From Glaucostegus cemiculus (lineage: Eukaryota), in assembly GCA_976551045.1 (NCBI GenBank), contig CDPCPM010000019.1, positions 1,550,001-1,614,000 of the forward strand: a stretch of DNA of 64,000 nucleotides, in the 5' to 3' direction. Position numbers and translations under genes: made by a program. Below the pieces are notes generated by a model. It saw only the letters and a list, made by a program, of their open reading frames with translations. It ran no database searches and was not told the origin of the DNA. Positions 38,636 to 53,100 of the stretch are shown here, piece by piece; within the stretch, counting starts at the first letter, position 1, and each line of letters starts with the position of its first letter.

Positions 38636-40084
38636 AGCAACCTGTGCACTCAACTGATTGACTGCAATATATCCAAGTTTGCAGATAATATAAAGACAGG
38701 TGCCAATGTGAGTTGTGAAGGGGATGCAGAGACACTTTAAGGGTGTGGACAAGCTAATTGGCATTTCATGGAAAAAAGAGGTAATAGATCAAACACTGTT
38801 TACAGGAACCAGAGTATCATTTCACAATAAGAAGAACTGCAAATTTACATGCATGTACAGCAAACAATTGCAGGGGAAGGGGGTGGGGTTGAGGGCCCAA
38901 GGCATCAACCAGGTAATTGAATAAATGTGAGGTCATATATGAGTAGAAAAATAAACGGAAAGGCAGAGTATTTTTCAAATGATGAGAAACAAAGATACAT
39001 GTTTAGGAGGGACCTGGGTGTGTGTGTCATGCGTGTGTGTATGCGTGTCACTGAAAGTTAATAGTCACATGGAACAAACAAATTAGGAAGGCAAACAGTA
39101 CATTGGATGTTATTCTAAAGGAAACTGAGTGCAAAAGTGGTGTCTTCTTGTTCCAATTATATACAGCCCTAATGATGCTGACTGTAATATTGTGTACAGG
39201 TCTCATCTCCCTACCGAAGGAAAGATTACTGTGATGAATGGCATGCAACAGAGATTCACCCGCTTTGATTTCTGGAATGGTGGAATAAAGCAAATTGGGC
39301 CAGTACGCTACAGAGATTAAAATCAGAAGTGACCTCATTCAAAATTACAAAATTCTTAAGAACTTAACTGGGGAGATGTAGAACTGGAGTGTCTAGACCG
39401 AGGGGTCAGTTTTAAAAAAGTCAATCATTCACTGCAGAGGTGAAAGAATGTTCTTAACAGAGGACAGTGAGAATACTCTCATCAAGAAAGCTGCGGAGGC
39501 TCAGTGAAGGATAAAGATAGGGTAAAATTAAGATCCACTTAAATGAATAGCAGTTTCCAAAGAAAAACATATGTAATCCCAATGAGATGTACAAAAAATT
39601 ATGGATGGAACCCAGGGTGGAAAATTCTGAGGCTAATTTTTCCAAACTTCCTTTGACACTGGGAAAGTGGCAGCAGGCTGGAGAATAACAAATGCTATAC
39701 CCATTTAAAAAGGGCATGAGCAGATGAACCATAGACCAAGTAACAAAGGCAGTGGTGGGAATAGACTTATTTCAGAATAGAAATTATTTACTTTGAAATG
39801 GGTGGAGTAATGAGAGCCAGCATAGACTTGTTAAAAGCAAGACATGCTTAACACAACCAATTATCTTTGATAAGTAACAGCAAGAGTTAATACAGTGTAT
39901 GTGAACTTTCAAAAGGTGTTTGACAAAGTACCAAAGTAAAGACTGGTTAAAACTAAAGATCTTTGGATAACTGAGACACTGGCAATTGGCTAAGGGCCTG
40001 GAAGGAAAGTTGCAATGAAATGTGGTTTGCAATGACCGGAGAGAAATATACATCAGTGTTCTCAGGTCCAAAATTGGATACATT

Positions 40085-40320
40085 TTTAAATTTTTAAATA
40101 TTTACAGCATGGTAACAGGCCCTTTGGGCCCAACGAGTCCGCACCACCCATTTTAAACCCCCAAATTAACCTACCCGTACGTCTTTTTGAATGTGGGATG
40201 AAACCGGAGCTCCCGGAGGAAACCCACACAGACACGGGAGAACGTACAAACTCCTCACAGTCAGCGATGGGAATCAAACCCCGATCGCTGGCGCTGTAAC
40301 AGCGTTATACTATTGTGCGC
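40085..40320 (-). mobile_element. Young V-SINE (HE1-like) with CR1-type tail
   Basis: Reverse V core tgtgggatgaaaccggagctcccggaggaaacccacacagacacgggagaacgtacaaactcc; CpGs retained. Confidence 0.9.
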
Positions 40321-43204
40321 CACTTATATAATAGTAACCTGGCCATAAGTAAATAGAGGAACATACTGAAAATCTGGTGAACAATGAGCCAGACGGTAAT
40401 AACTCCCAGTGAAACAAAGTAGCAAGATGCTGTACTGAAGGCAGATGAAATTTAATGGCAGAAAAAAAAATATGAAGTGACATTTTGGTAGGTAGGATAA
40501 GATTGGCGAAATGAACAGGAGCCTGAAGACCCAAATTCAGGAACAGCTTCTTCCCTTCTGCTATCTGATTTCCAAATGATCCACAAACCCATGAACACTA
40601 CCTTATTATTCCTTTTACTAAAATTTTTGTAATTCATATATTTTTACACCTTTGAACTGTACTGCTGATGCAAAACAACAAATTTCACATCATATGTCAA
40701 TGATAATAAACCTGATTCTGAACAAAAATGGTAGTGTTTTAGCAGAAGGGTATAGCAATGTTGACAGGACAAACTGAAAAAAAAGCTGTTGGTTTTATTA
40801 CAAGAGAAACAGGGCACGAATGCAGGAAGTTATGCTAAATACTTACTGTATAATGTTTAGACCCAAATCTGAATACTGTGTTCAATTCCAGAATGATGTC
40901 AAGGCCCTGAAGAGTGGGCACAATAGATTTAATGGAATGGTACTAATATTCAAAGAAAGAACAGAGAAGCTGAGGTTATTTTCCTTTTCAGTTCTAAGGA
41001 GAAAATGAGGTACAAGAGAGATTCTGAAATCAAGAACATTTTAAAGGGGACTGCTCGACAGGGAAGTGGAAGCAATTTTAGTAAATAGATTCTAAAGATA
41101 ACTGGGTAAGTCTCTGAAGAGAAACAAAATACAAGTCTAAGAAGAAAGGGCAAGAGGGTTGGGTTGTTGGACAGCTCCACCAGGGAGCTAGCATATGTGT
41201 AATGATCTTTGTATGATAGTATTCTATGATTCTATAAAGTTATTTCTTTAATCTACTATGTTGAATTATCATAATCACATTCTCCCATATTCAAAAAATG
41301 TTCCAAAAAATACAAAACTGCATGGTCCATTATACTGCTCAGCTTTCAATGATGACATGGTTCTTTTCAGTTGAAAACACAACTTAACTGTAAATTTGTT
41401 AAAATCATGCATGCTTTAATAGGTTTGACCTTCACAATAGATCCTGCTCAGCCACAGATGTTTGATAAAAGTGAAACTTAGTGTCTGCAAAAATAGTTGA
41501 ATAAAGTAATTTAAACTCTTTCCGCCCCAAAAGAATGCAAGTCAAATTTTAAATTTCTTAAATGGACCGCTGTTACTGCTGCAGTAATTGCATAATAGTA
41601 AAACAAATAAATGACCTTCCATCAAAGAAATCATAAAACAGCTCCAGTCTCATTTATACAAAAGTGCATTCCACAAATAAAATATTGGGCAAGAGTGCAA
41701 AGAATTAATGAATTCAGTTAAATATTAAACCACAAATATTAGCCAACTATTTTTATCCATCAGCTCCTCAACAAATTCCTTTCCTACACTAGAAAATAGC
41801 CATTGGGGAGGTAGGGGGGTGGGGGGGAAGGAAAGAGTGATCATCATAATATTCATACTTTTGCACTCAAGTACACTTTTAAAGTGCACTTGTAAAAATC
41901 TTTGCAAGAAAATAAGATCTACACTGAAAGGAAACCAGAAATTCAAGGCATTGTTGCAGATAGGTTTTGAGGCACTCCTGAAAATGGTGAGAAAATTAAC
42001 GAGATAGGGAAGTTTGGGTTGAGATTTTAAGCTTAGGAGCATTAGTTTGTGAGAAAAAAAAGGATCTGGGATAAATGGCAATGGACAACCGATAATATCA
42101 ATTGATTGGACAGGATTACTCTAAAAGGGGGGACATGAAGGAACATTGCAATTTGAAAATACAGCCAAACATTTTAAAATTAATATGCAAAGCTAAACTA
42201 CAATTAGGATGGAATGGATGTGCACATAGAAAGATTGAGGGAAGCACTGCAATTAATAAGCATCAGCATGAACAAGTCTATACAAGCCCAAGTATGTATA
42301 AGCAACTAGTCCATGTGCAAAGGAGAACAATGCATTGGCAAATTCAGAAGTAGGGAAGGAAATAATGTGCATACTTCATCACAAACCTCAAGCAATCAAA
42401 CTTAACTGCCCAGTTGTACTATCCACACACATTTATATCAGAATGAAGTTGTAGGAACAGACAGAAGTTTAGATGATCATAAACTATTTGCGTGGCACCC
42501 ATCTCCAACACACTCCCAATTTTTATTTCCTTCCTTTGAATGTTCTCTCCAATCCAGTGTAAATTGTGCATTTGTAAAAAATGTCCTACAATTATTACTT
42601 TTTTTTTAAGTGTTTACTAAAGTGTGGTTGCTGCACCGAACAGAAAATTAAATATTCTTTGATGAAGACAATAAAACACTTCCTCCTCAAAATCTGCAGA
42701 TATTTAATGCCAAAATTGTATTTTGCGCAATAATAGTCGCAAATTGCTGTATTATCACTGGCATTATTTCAAGACGCCAAGTCAATATTTAAGGGACAAT
42801 ACTGATTTAAATTACAAAGAATAGCATTTTCGGCAAAAATTAATTAGTCCACATTTTAAAAAAAATTAATTTTATGTCCACATAAAAGGTTGCATAAAGC
42901 TTCCAAAACTTTTACTAGTCTCAACTCAAAAATGTTTAATACAAATGCATTTCTCCTGATCCTAGAAATTTAAATCACCAGATAGATAGAAGCAACTGTC
43001 CACACTGGGGTAAGAAAACTGTCATTCCCAAAGGACTTTAGGACACAAACTACACATTCTTGACCAAGTAAAAATCTATATACAGATCAGTCTTACAAAT
43101 CATTCTGAACAAGTTCAACTTTCTTGCTAGCAACTGCATGTCTGCTTAGTGAATTTAATCATCCTTTGAAATAACAGTAAGGGACTAAATTGGCACAGAC
43201 TAAT

Positions 43205-43740
43205 TCATGAACATAGAACATTATAGCACAGTACAGGCCCTTTGCCCCACGAGGTTGTGCTGACATTTTATCCTGCTCTAATACCTATCTAACCCTTTCC
43301 TCCAACATAGCCCTCCATTTTTCTATCATTCATGTGGCTAAGAGTCTCTTAAGTGTCCATAATGTATCTGCCTCCACCTCCTCTCCCTGCAGTGCATTCC
43401 ACGCACCCACCACTCCGTAAAAAAACAAAAGTGCCTCTAACATCCCCTTATACCTTCCTCTAATCACCTTACAATTACACCCCTTGTGTGAGCCATTTTT
43501 GCCCTGGGAAAATGTCTCTGACTATCCACTCAATCTGTGGCTCTTATCATCCTGTGCATCTCTATCAAATCACTCTCATCCTCCTTTGCTCTAAACGGAA
43601 AAACCCAAGCTCACTCATCCTATCCTCATAAGGCATGTTCTCCAATCCAGGCAGCATCCCGGTAAATCTCCTCTGCACCCTCTCTAAAGCTTCCATATCC
43701 TTCTTATGAGGCGACTAGAACTGAACCCAATACTCTAAGG
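43205..43740 (-). mobile_element. CR1 3' fragment
   Basis: aacatagaacattatagcacagtacaggccc tail; ccaggcagcatcccggtaaatctcctctgcaccctctc. Confidence 0.85.
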
Positions 43741-44459
43741 TCTCAAAGCATCTCCAAGGTCCAATCTATTTATTTTCTTGAACAAAATGTAGCCACTTAG
43801 CAATGGTTGAAAATGTTGACTTTTCATGGGCTCAGACAATTTATTGATTTCACTTCAATACTTAAAAAGCCAACAAATGTCCCCAACTGTGCTCACTGTT
43901 ATGCTGTATCAGCAAAATTTCAGAAAGTAGTCAGAATTTTATTTGAGATGTCTGGCACCAAGTTAAACCTGAAAATCCCTTAAGATCATTGGTTAGACTG
44001 AAAAGAATATCAAATATGTGGTTTAACATGGTCATAGATTGACATCAAAATTGGTTCTTCAACAATCCGCAGAAGAGTAAGTTGCCTAAAAAATGGCAAA
44101 GTAAATTACTGACAAGAATAAAAATAGCCCAAGTTAATTCTTCAAGAACTTCAAAGATATTTTGGATATGGGAAGCTTAAAAACTCAGACTAAGTTATTT
44201 ACAAGGAAATATTAACCTCAAGGAAACAACCCAACAAATATTTGGGAAGAGTAATGTGTCAGGCAACCAATGGAACTTCAGAAAAATAAACTTGAAATCT
44301 GCACTTCAGTGTGCATGTTTCATGGTATCAAATATAATAAAAATCTGTTATATTTCACAAATCACCGAGTATTCTGAAATAACTTATTACAATGCAGTTT
44401 TATAGATAAGGTCCAGGGAAGACATGGTGCATATAAAATATGCACAATTTAAATGTCCA

Positions 44460-44765
44460 GATAAGACACAAGATATTTCTTTATTAGTCACATGCACATC
44501 GAAACATAGTGAAATGTGCCTTTTTGTGTTGTGAATGTGCTGGGGGCAGCCCGCAAGTGTCACCACTCTTCCAGTGCCAACATAGTATGCCCACAGCTCC
44601 TAACCTGTACATCTTTAGAATGTGGGAGTAAACTGGAGCACCTAGAGGAAACCCACACAGACACACAGGGAGAACATATAATCTCCTTACAGACAGAGGC
44701 GGGTATTGAACCTGGGTCACTGGTGCTGCAATAGCATTACAATAACCACTGCTCCACCATGCCGG
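44460..44765 (-). mobile_element. V-SINE with Rex1-like tail
   Basis: Reverse V core at about 44620-44690; tail tttattagtcacatgcacatcgaaac. Confidence 0.85.
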
Positions 44766-45739
44766 CCATTGTGGAGCTCTATGATAATGCTTATATCACC
44801 TGCGATGGCCAAGCAAATAAAAATAATATGACAGCTTCTTGTAATTTTGTTCATCATGGAGCTTTTGTTTTTGCCGTATCAGGAGATTTTTCTCAGTTGA
44901 TTTCTTGCACATAAATACACTAACTATTCAGACAAGCTCCAGAGCAGATGTCAGAGTTTTGTTGTGGGTCCATCAATAAGAGACATTATGGCATGGAAGC
45001 TTACTGCATGGAATAACTGGAAATTAGGCTTCAGAGCTCATATACTTTTACACAAGTCCATTAGATGTCAACTAGAACAAAAAAAATATCGATTTGAGGC
45101 CAATTTTTTTCCCCTCCAATTTTTAAACTCAGCTGCAGAAGGGTCAAATTTCAAATTGCAGTGCTTTTGAAAGCATGGATTAAGTAACATCATGACCATG
45201 ATATTTATGTAATTAAAACTGAGCTCCATTAAAAGACTTGACAAAACTTCATTTAGGGAGATGTTCAATTATTTACATAGATCTAAAGAATCAAAGCAGT
45301 ACCACTGAACACAAGAGTAGCAGAGAGGATGTTTAATTTAGACATACCAGTCCTCCCCTCATCATGCAAGTGTTGTGTGGAATCCGTAACATCACTGGGG
45401 AAAGGGAGAGGTGGATAAGACAAAAGAAAAATGCCATATACACATCTTGACAACTATCATGTTCCTGGAACACTTACTTCCAGTAATTTTCAAGTAGATC
45501 ATAGACTGGAACAGGGATGTGAAAATGTAGATTGGTTGCCTCAAATAAATGCATTGAAGATACACTATCAATTGTAGCTGATACCCAAATCCAAAGGATG
45601 GTCTGTAACTAATGTCCCCAGCTGTAGCTGCAACTCTTCCCAATTTATCTCATTTCACACATTTGAATTTTAGAGACCCCAATATCACAATATACACTCT
45701 TTCAAATAAGCCTCACTGCATTGGCTGCACAGTGCTAAC

Positions 45740-46030
45740 TGCCAATTAGTAACATTCTGAGTGAATACTGCACTGTCAGAGGTACTCCGTTTCAGGTGAA
45801 ATATTAAACCTAGCTCTCTCAGACAGATACAAAAGATCCAGGGAATGACTTAAAGGGCAGCAGGGAACACTTCTGCTAAAATTTCCTGGCAATCCATTTC
45901 CCCTTTTCTGTTAATGGAATAATAGACCATCTACTCATTATATTGCGATTTGAGAGAGCTGTCTATGTACAAATTGATTGATGATTTTTTTTGGTATACA
46001 TTGAGATCATGAATAGCATGTGCAAGTCCA
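45740..46030 (+). mobile_element. Deu-SINE (SacSINE1/AmnSINE1-like) core
   Basis: ctgagtgaatactgcactgtcagaggtactccgtttcaggtgaaatattaaacc...aaaagatcc...gggcagcaggga resembles the Deu domain as recalled. Confidence 0.65.
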
Positions 46031-47469
46031 AAAATTTATTTCTTACAAATTTTTTCCAAGTTAAAAACAGAAGCTCAGAACTTTTAAAGCTTTGCTAAAC
46101 AAATGATTGAAGCTGAGACTCCAGAATGATGTACTATCCAGGAAACTCTACAACTAATCTTTATTTTCTAGATGTACAGTATATGCCAACTACCAATTAC
46201 CCAACTCAATGAATGGGGTACTGAGATTGACCAAAATGACTGAAAAGGGATTTTGATTCATTTGAGTAATTTCAAATAATTGTCTATTGAAATTGTTTAT
46301 TACGCTGGATTCAAAGAATAGGCACAACACACACTCTTTGGTGGTGAAATGCCAAGTCCAGTTTTTCCACTTCTACTTAAATCACAAGCATTCAGTATTC
46401 ATTTCTTCCTTCAATACATCCACAACATGACAATGTTCTACAGAAATATGTACTTCAACTTCTCTTACTCCCTCAGCATGCCAGAAATGCTTTATAGCCA
46501 AATGAGTTTAAGAATAGATAAGGGCATTCAATACTTCTTGTATAATACATTCATAAATCATCACCAAAGAGGCAATACCGATATCAATGCGATTACCTTA
46601 AACTTTATGTCCAATTCAGATCCATCTAGCACACACTTAAATTGATGAGAGAAATCCCTGATGCTGGAACCACTTATGAAACTGATACAAGATGGAGAAT
46701 TTCCCTAAAAGTGTTATGTTCCGTTGTTTGAAACTGGAATGAATGATCTAGTTACTTTCATAACATTCCACAGAGCCAATATGGCCCAGCCAAGAGTTAC
46801 ATTATGCACAACTTTAGAACAACCCAAGCTGCTTTACAGCAAACATTAAGTATAGTTTCTGTTATATGAAGGGAATGCAACACAGAAGTACATATAAATA
46901 TTGCCAGAGCACTGGGAATCCTTGTGTTTCTTCTTCCTTAGTCTTTCAAAATCCATTCTAGTTTTGAACATCCCTTAGTAACCTTGCTTCAAACTTGTCT
47001 TCTCAGAATACATATCTGACATTGAATTAAATTATAGAACAGTTCAAAATACAAGGAGGATATCTGGCCAATGGAGCTTACATCAAATCTTTCAAAGGGC
47101 AATCCAGTCCCCCCATCTATTTTCCACAATCACTCAGTATATTCTACATGAATATTTATCCAATTCTCTTTTAAAGGCTGTTATTGAATCTGTATTTATC
47201 TCACCAATCAGGCTGTGAATTTCAAATCCCAACTGTTGCTTCAATATGTACATCACCTATCTATTTTTTTTAAATCCAATTATCTTAAATTGGTGCTATC
47301 TGGTTGCTGACATGTCAGCCAGTGTAAGTAGATTCCCTTGGCTTTTAAGCACTCCAATGGTTTGATACATGTCTGCTACAGATTCTCTAGTTCATTCATA
47401 TAACCCCACATCCTGAAGGTATCTGGAGAGGGAACTTTGAAAAGAGGCAAGTGTCTGTGCTTGTGAGTT

Positions 47470-50120
47470 TCACCTTGCAGAGTTGGGAGTTGGAGCGAGA
47501 TGTTTCGAAAGGGACAGGGACGGAGGTAAAAGAGGTGGGGGAGTGGCTTTACTGATCAGGGACAGCATCACAGCTGTAAAAAGGATGTCCTGGAGGGATC
47601 ATCAACTGAGTCAGTGTGGGTGGAAGTCAGAAACAGGAAGGGAGTGATCACTCTATTGGGAGTATTTTACAGACCACCCCCCACCCCCAATAGCAACAGA
47701 GATACTGAAGAGCAGAGCAGGAGACAGATTTTGGAATGGTGCAAAAGTAACAGGGTTGTTGTCATAGGCAATTTTAACTTCCTTAATATTGATTGGCACC
47801 TCCTTGTTGTGAAGGGGATGGATGGGGCAGAGTTTGTTTGGAGTGTCCAGGAAGGATTCCTGACACAGCACGTGGACAGGCCAACTAAAGGAGAGGCCAT
47901 ACTGGACCGGCTACTAGGCAGTACCTAGTACCTGAGCCCTATCAGGTTTCAGGCTCAGGTACTAGGTACAATCTCTCAGTGGAAGAGCATTTTGGAGACA
48001 GTGACCATAACTCCTTGACCTTTACCACAGCCTTGGAGAGGGATAGGAACAAATGATATGGGAAAGCATTTAATTGGGGGAGGAGGAATTATGATGCTAT
48101 TAGGCAGGAAATTGGGAATGTAAATTGGGAACAGATGTTCTTGGGGAAGTGCACAGCAGAAATGTGGAGATTGTTTAAGGAATATTTGCATTGTGCTCTG
48201 GATAGGTTTGTCCCATTGAAGCAGGGGAAGGATGGTAGAGTGAAGGAACCATGGTTGGCAAGAGACATAGAATACCTTGCCAAGAGGAAGAAAGAAACTT
48301 ACCCAAGATTTTGAAAGCAAGGATCAGACAGGGCTCTGCGGAGTTGCAAGATAGCTAGGAGGGAGCTTAAGAATGGACTTAGGAGAGTGAGAAAGTGGTA
48401 TGAGAAGGCTTGGTGAGTAGGATTAAGAAAAAATCCCAAAGTTATTCTACCCATATGTGAAGAATAGGAGGGAGGATGACTAGAATGAGGGTAGGACAGA
48501 GATAAGAGAGGAAACATGCCTGGAGTTGGAAGAGGAAGGGGAAATCCTTAGTGAATATTTCACTTCAGATTTCACCAGAGAGAGAAACCTTGATGTTTGT
48601 GAGGATGGTGTACAACAAGCTGATATGCTAGAGCATGTCGACATGAAAAAAGAGGTGGTGTTGGAACTTTTGAAAAACATTAGGATTGATAAGTCACTGG
48701 GGCTGGACAGGAAATAAATCGGGTTATTACGGGAAGCAAGGGAAGAGACTGATGTGCCCTTAGTGATTATCTTTGCCTCCTTACTGACCACAGGAGTAGT
48801 ACCAGGTGATTGAAGGATGGCAAATGTTGTTTTTTTGTTCAAGAAAGGGAGTAGGGACAATCCTGGGAATTACAGGCCAGTCTTACTTCAATGATAGGCT
48901 AATTACTGGAGAAGATTCTTAGAGACAGGATTTATGAGCATTTGGAGAAGCATAGACTGATTAGGGACAGTCAGCATGGCTTTGAGGGGGGCAGGTCATG
49001 CCCCATGAGCCTGATTGAATTATTTAAGGATCTGACAAAGGACGTTGATGAAGGTAGAGCAGTGGATGTGGTGTACATGGATTTTAGTAAGGCATTTGAT
49101 AAGGTTCCTCATGGAAGGCTCGTTCAGAAAGTCAGGAGGCATGGGATCCAGGGAAATTTGGCTGTGTGGATTCAGACTTGGCTCACCCATAGAAGAGAGG
49201 GTGGTTGTAGATGAAGCGTATTCTACCTGGAGGTTGGTGACTAGTGGTGTTCTGCAGAGATCAGTTCTGGGACCCCAGCTCATTGTGATTTTCATAAATG
49301 ACTTGGATGAGGATGTGGAAGGGTGGGTTAGTAAGTATGCAGATGACACGAAGGTTGGTGGTATTGTGGATAGTGTAGAAGGTTGCTGTAGGTTACAACA
49401 GGACATTGATAGATACAAAGCTGAGCTGAGAAGTGGTAGATGGAGTTCAACTTAGAGAAGTGTGAAGTGATACACTTTGTAAGATCAAATTTGAAGGTAG
49501 AATACAGGTTAATGGCAGGACTCTTAGCAGTGGGGTGGAATAGAGGAATCTTGGGGTAATGTTGCAGCTCTATAAAACTCTGGTTAGATCACATTTGGAG
49601 CATTATGTTCAGTTCCAGTCACCTCGTTATAGGAAGGATGTGGAAACTTTGGAGAGGGTGCAGAGGAGATTTACCAGGATGTTGCCTGGATTAGGGAACA
49701 TGTCTTATGAGGATAGGTTGAGTGAGCTAGGGCTTTTCTCTTTGGAGAGGAGGATGAGAGGTGATTTGATAGAGGTGTATAAGATAAGAGGCATTGATCA
49801 AATGGACAGTCAGAGACTTCTTCCCCAGGTGAAAATGGCTAACATGAGGGGGCATAATTTTTGAGGTGATTAGAGGAAGGTATGGGGGGCGGGGTGGGTA
49901 AGTGTTTTTTTTTTAAATACACAGTGGTGGGTGCATGGAATGCACTGAGGTGAGGGAGGCAGATACATTCTTGACATTCAAGAGACCCTTAGATAGGCAC
50001 ACGAATGATAGAAAAATGGAGGGCTATGTGAGACATAAGCGTTAGATAGATTATGATAAAATGTCGGCACAACATCGTGGGCCAAAGGGCCTGTACTGTG
50101 CTCTATTGTTCTATGTTCTA
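47470..50120 (+). mobile_element. Long CR1 ORF2 copy (APE endonuclease, RT and 3' end), frameshifted with internal deletions
   Basis: WVEVRNRKGVITLLGVFYRPP; SQHGF..GRSC; VDVVYMDFSKAFDKVPHGRL; FINDLD..SKYADDTKVGG; tail ctattgttctatgttcta. Confidence 0.95.
47921..47969. repeat. Perfect 18-bp inverted repeat with 13-nt loop
   Basis: gtacctagtacctgagcc (47921-47938) and ggctcaggtactaggtac (47952-47969). Confidence 0.95.
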
Positions 50121-53100
50121 TTCTGGAAAATGTCTTCAATACCCTCTTCAATACGTTCATGTATTCTGTTCCTCTTTTTTTACTTGGGTCCTTTTTAGTT
50201 TTATTAACCACTTTGCACAAATCATTGATATGGACTGGTTCAGAATCATTCTCCCCACTGCCTCCCCAATACCTTCCTATGAAAGTCTATTATTTCCCTC
50301 TCATTTTTTGGTATCTGGAATTAGACAGATGAGTTTACAACTGATCAATACATGCTGCTAAAGAATGCCCATGGTCTGCCTTTTGATTTTTGTTTATTGC
50401 AAACTATCACTGGAATGGCTGATGTTCACCATTACATGTCCAGGTTCCTTGATCACCTAGTTGCAAGACAAATTCAAGTTAAAAACAAATGGTGTACCCA
50501 TCAAGAGAAGAAAGTAAAATCACACACAATTGTTCAAACAAGGTCCTGGGAAGCTCTCAGATTTCACTTTTACAGTGAGAACTTTGAAGTGATTTCTAAA
50601 ATGGGTAGATCCTAAGCCATTATGGACATTTTGAGTCGACAGCTCTGTCTAGAAGTTATTACTTCCAAGGATAATGAATTAGTACCACCAAGCTGCTCTC
50701 TCCTACCAATTAATTGCTTATGGGGATGGTGTTGCTGCCTAAATACCAAGAATAAGTAATTTTACTTCCTCTATTGTTAGGCCAAGTTCAGTACCAAAAC
50801 AGTCAGTAAGTAGCATCCTGTGTTTTACACCCAATAGAAACAAGATTAAGAATTCTGAAATTAAAACACATTAAAAATTTAAGTACCTGCTTAAAAACAC
50901 TAATTTACATTCAAGGTTATTTGTTTAATCAATGGTAAACAGAAAATTTACAATGTAATCCACACACTTCAAGTAACCTTCAACAATCACCTGTTTTTGA
51001 GCATTATTTTAAAGCATCTCTTTAGTGATCACCAATTTCAAATCTAACATATTGTACTAATGCTGCAACCCAGTGTGAAAGTGAAGAAAATGGGAAAAGC
51101 TAAAGATTTGACCTCATCCATCAAAATAGCAATCTAATGAAATATTAATGGAGATGCACAGTTGGTTTGGAGATGTTGCTCTTTAAGACGAGGTCAAATG
51201 AAGGTCTCCCTTGCTTGACACATGATATGGGTCTTGATAAATAATCAATGCTTTTAGAATAGAATTTTCCAGAAGTACCTTTGCTTCCCTGGGGTCTCAA
51301 TGTGCCTCTGATTTATTGTCACAAATAAAACACCTAATTTCACAGGATGTTGCAAATGCTAACCCTCTCTTCCCTTTTATCATTGCTACAGTAAATTACT
51401 TAAAATATTTGCCCCACCAATATTACTGCCGTGATATTAAACCATAGGTAATTATATTAGCCATGGCCAGCTGTAACCGCTATATGTACATTTAACATTG
51501 CTATTTCTCTTACCATTTATCAAGTTTTATCTGAATTCATGAAATGCATTGAATTTAAATCTATGATAAGTTGTCAAATCATTTTAGTGTCACTGATTTT
51601 CAGATCAATACATGATACAAAAAACTATTGAATAAATTCACACAAATAATGCTATTACAGTCCAGCTCTATTAACAGCCACTTCTGGTGTGTATAACTAA
51701 AATCTCTTGTGTCTCCGGAGAATATGCTTGGGGATGCATCATCATATCAGGGACCAGGTGTTTAAGCCCATCTGGCTTCAATGTTCAGGACAAAGCAAAT
51801 TTGCAAACGATGCTTGGGATTTGCATCAGGTTACAAAAAATTAATGTGATGGCTGACACTTTCTATCCTCAGCCGGATAGGTCTTCAAATTTGACATGCT
51901 TATTCAGTCACAGCTACTCATTGTTGAAAAGTGCAGAGGTTTTCAGAAATCACTTTTTTGAAGACTGAAATCAATTTGTCCACTCAACATCTTGAGCAAG
52001 TCGTTCCCTCTTACCAATGTCTATTTTCTCCTTTTAGCTTCTTTAAGTTGTCTTTATTCCTTCAGTGACCACAAAGCATCTTCAGCATTGTTCACCAGAT
52101 ATTTTCATCACATAATTTGAACACTTTAGCCAAGTCTTCATGCCCTGAGTATCTTTGCTTGGCACATCATTTCTTTTCTTGAAAATAAACACTTGGGCTT
52201 CAGTGGTTTTATTTTGATTACTGATTAATCTCAGTTTCTGAATCTAACATGTGGTCCAAGTTATAGGCATAAAGCAGGGTTGTCAAAAATGACATCCCCA
52301 TGTATTGTTGAGCTTGAAAGTCATCGTTTCTCTCAACATCATGTTGGTTGAACTACTTTCCATATGTGGTGGATCCTACTCAGAACAGGAATTCCCGCAA
52401 TTGTGCAAGACAGTCAACCATGCTGGATTGAAGTGGCTTTAAAACAGGAGAAAGAAGTTTCAGTCAGCAGAAAATATCAGCTCAGAGGAAAAAGCTTTGG
52501 AAAGTGAACCGGTTTCACCCTGCTACCCTTCTCTCCACAAACCCCTCCCCCATCCCACATCCCCAGGGATCAGCATTCATTCCTCACGGTGGAAGAACAG
52601 GCCTTTACAATAATTGTGAAACACAATAAGAACAGATATGTCCACAAACTCTAACTTGCTTCTCCAGGCACTGTCTGATTTAAATGCTTGTGCACAACCC
52701 ACATTCTCTGCAAAACATTGATTTTGTGTATTGATGGCAACATAGTATTGGGAAAAATTTGGTGTCTTGCTCCTTTGTGTTGTTGTTCAATATTTATTGT
52801 CAGCAATTATTCCCAGCATCTATGCATGTTGCATAGCACAATAGGTTCTCAAGATTTAATCCAAAAACAATTAAAAATGGCCAATCATCATGCTGTTTTC
52901 ACTCAAAAGCTGTTCAGGTAAATACTGAATGAAAATTTCATTTGCTTCACCATTAACCTGAATGGAAACCTAGTGACAACATTGTTCAGATGCCACAATT
53001 AAATAAGATTGATGAAATATGTGCAGTTGTTTATAGTGACACTAAAATGATTTAATAGTTTTCATGGCTCATTTGTCATCACAGTAAATCAAATGGAAGC

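Larger units (their letters stand above)
37480..41230 (+). mobile_element. Cluster of old decayed CR1 ORF2 fragments with nested insertions (CR1, V-SINE, Rex1 tail at about 40515-40720)
   Basis: gatgtggtgtatttgaactttcagaaggcctttgataa (DVVYL.FQKAFD); tccaagtttgcagataatataaag (SKFAD..K); EYCVQF. Confidence 0.7.

Noticed and set aside
41805-41832. G-run cluster as a potential G-quadruplex (also about 49883-49898)
   Set aside because: Simple G-rich tracts; nothing in the sequence indicates function.
51680-52560. Possible very old non-LTR element on the minus strand (PDGL-like motif)
   Set aside because: Too degraded to assign or delimit without a search.
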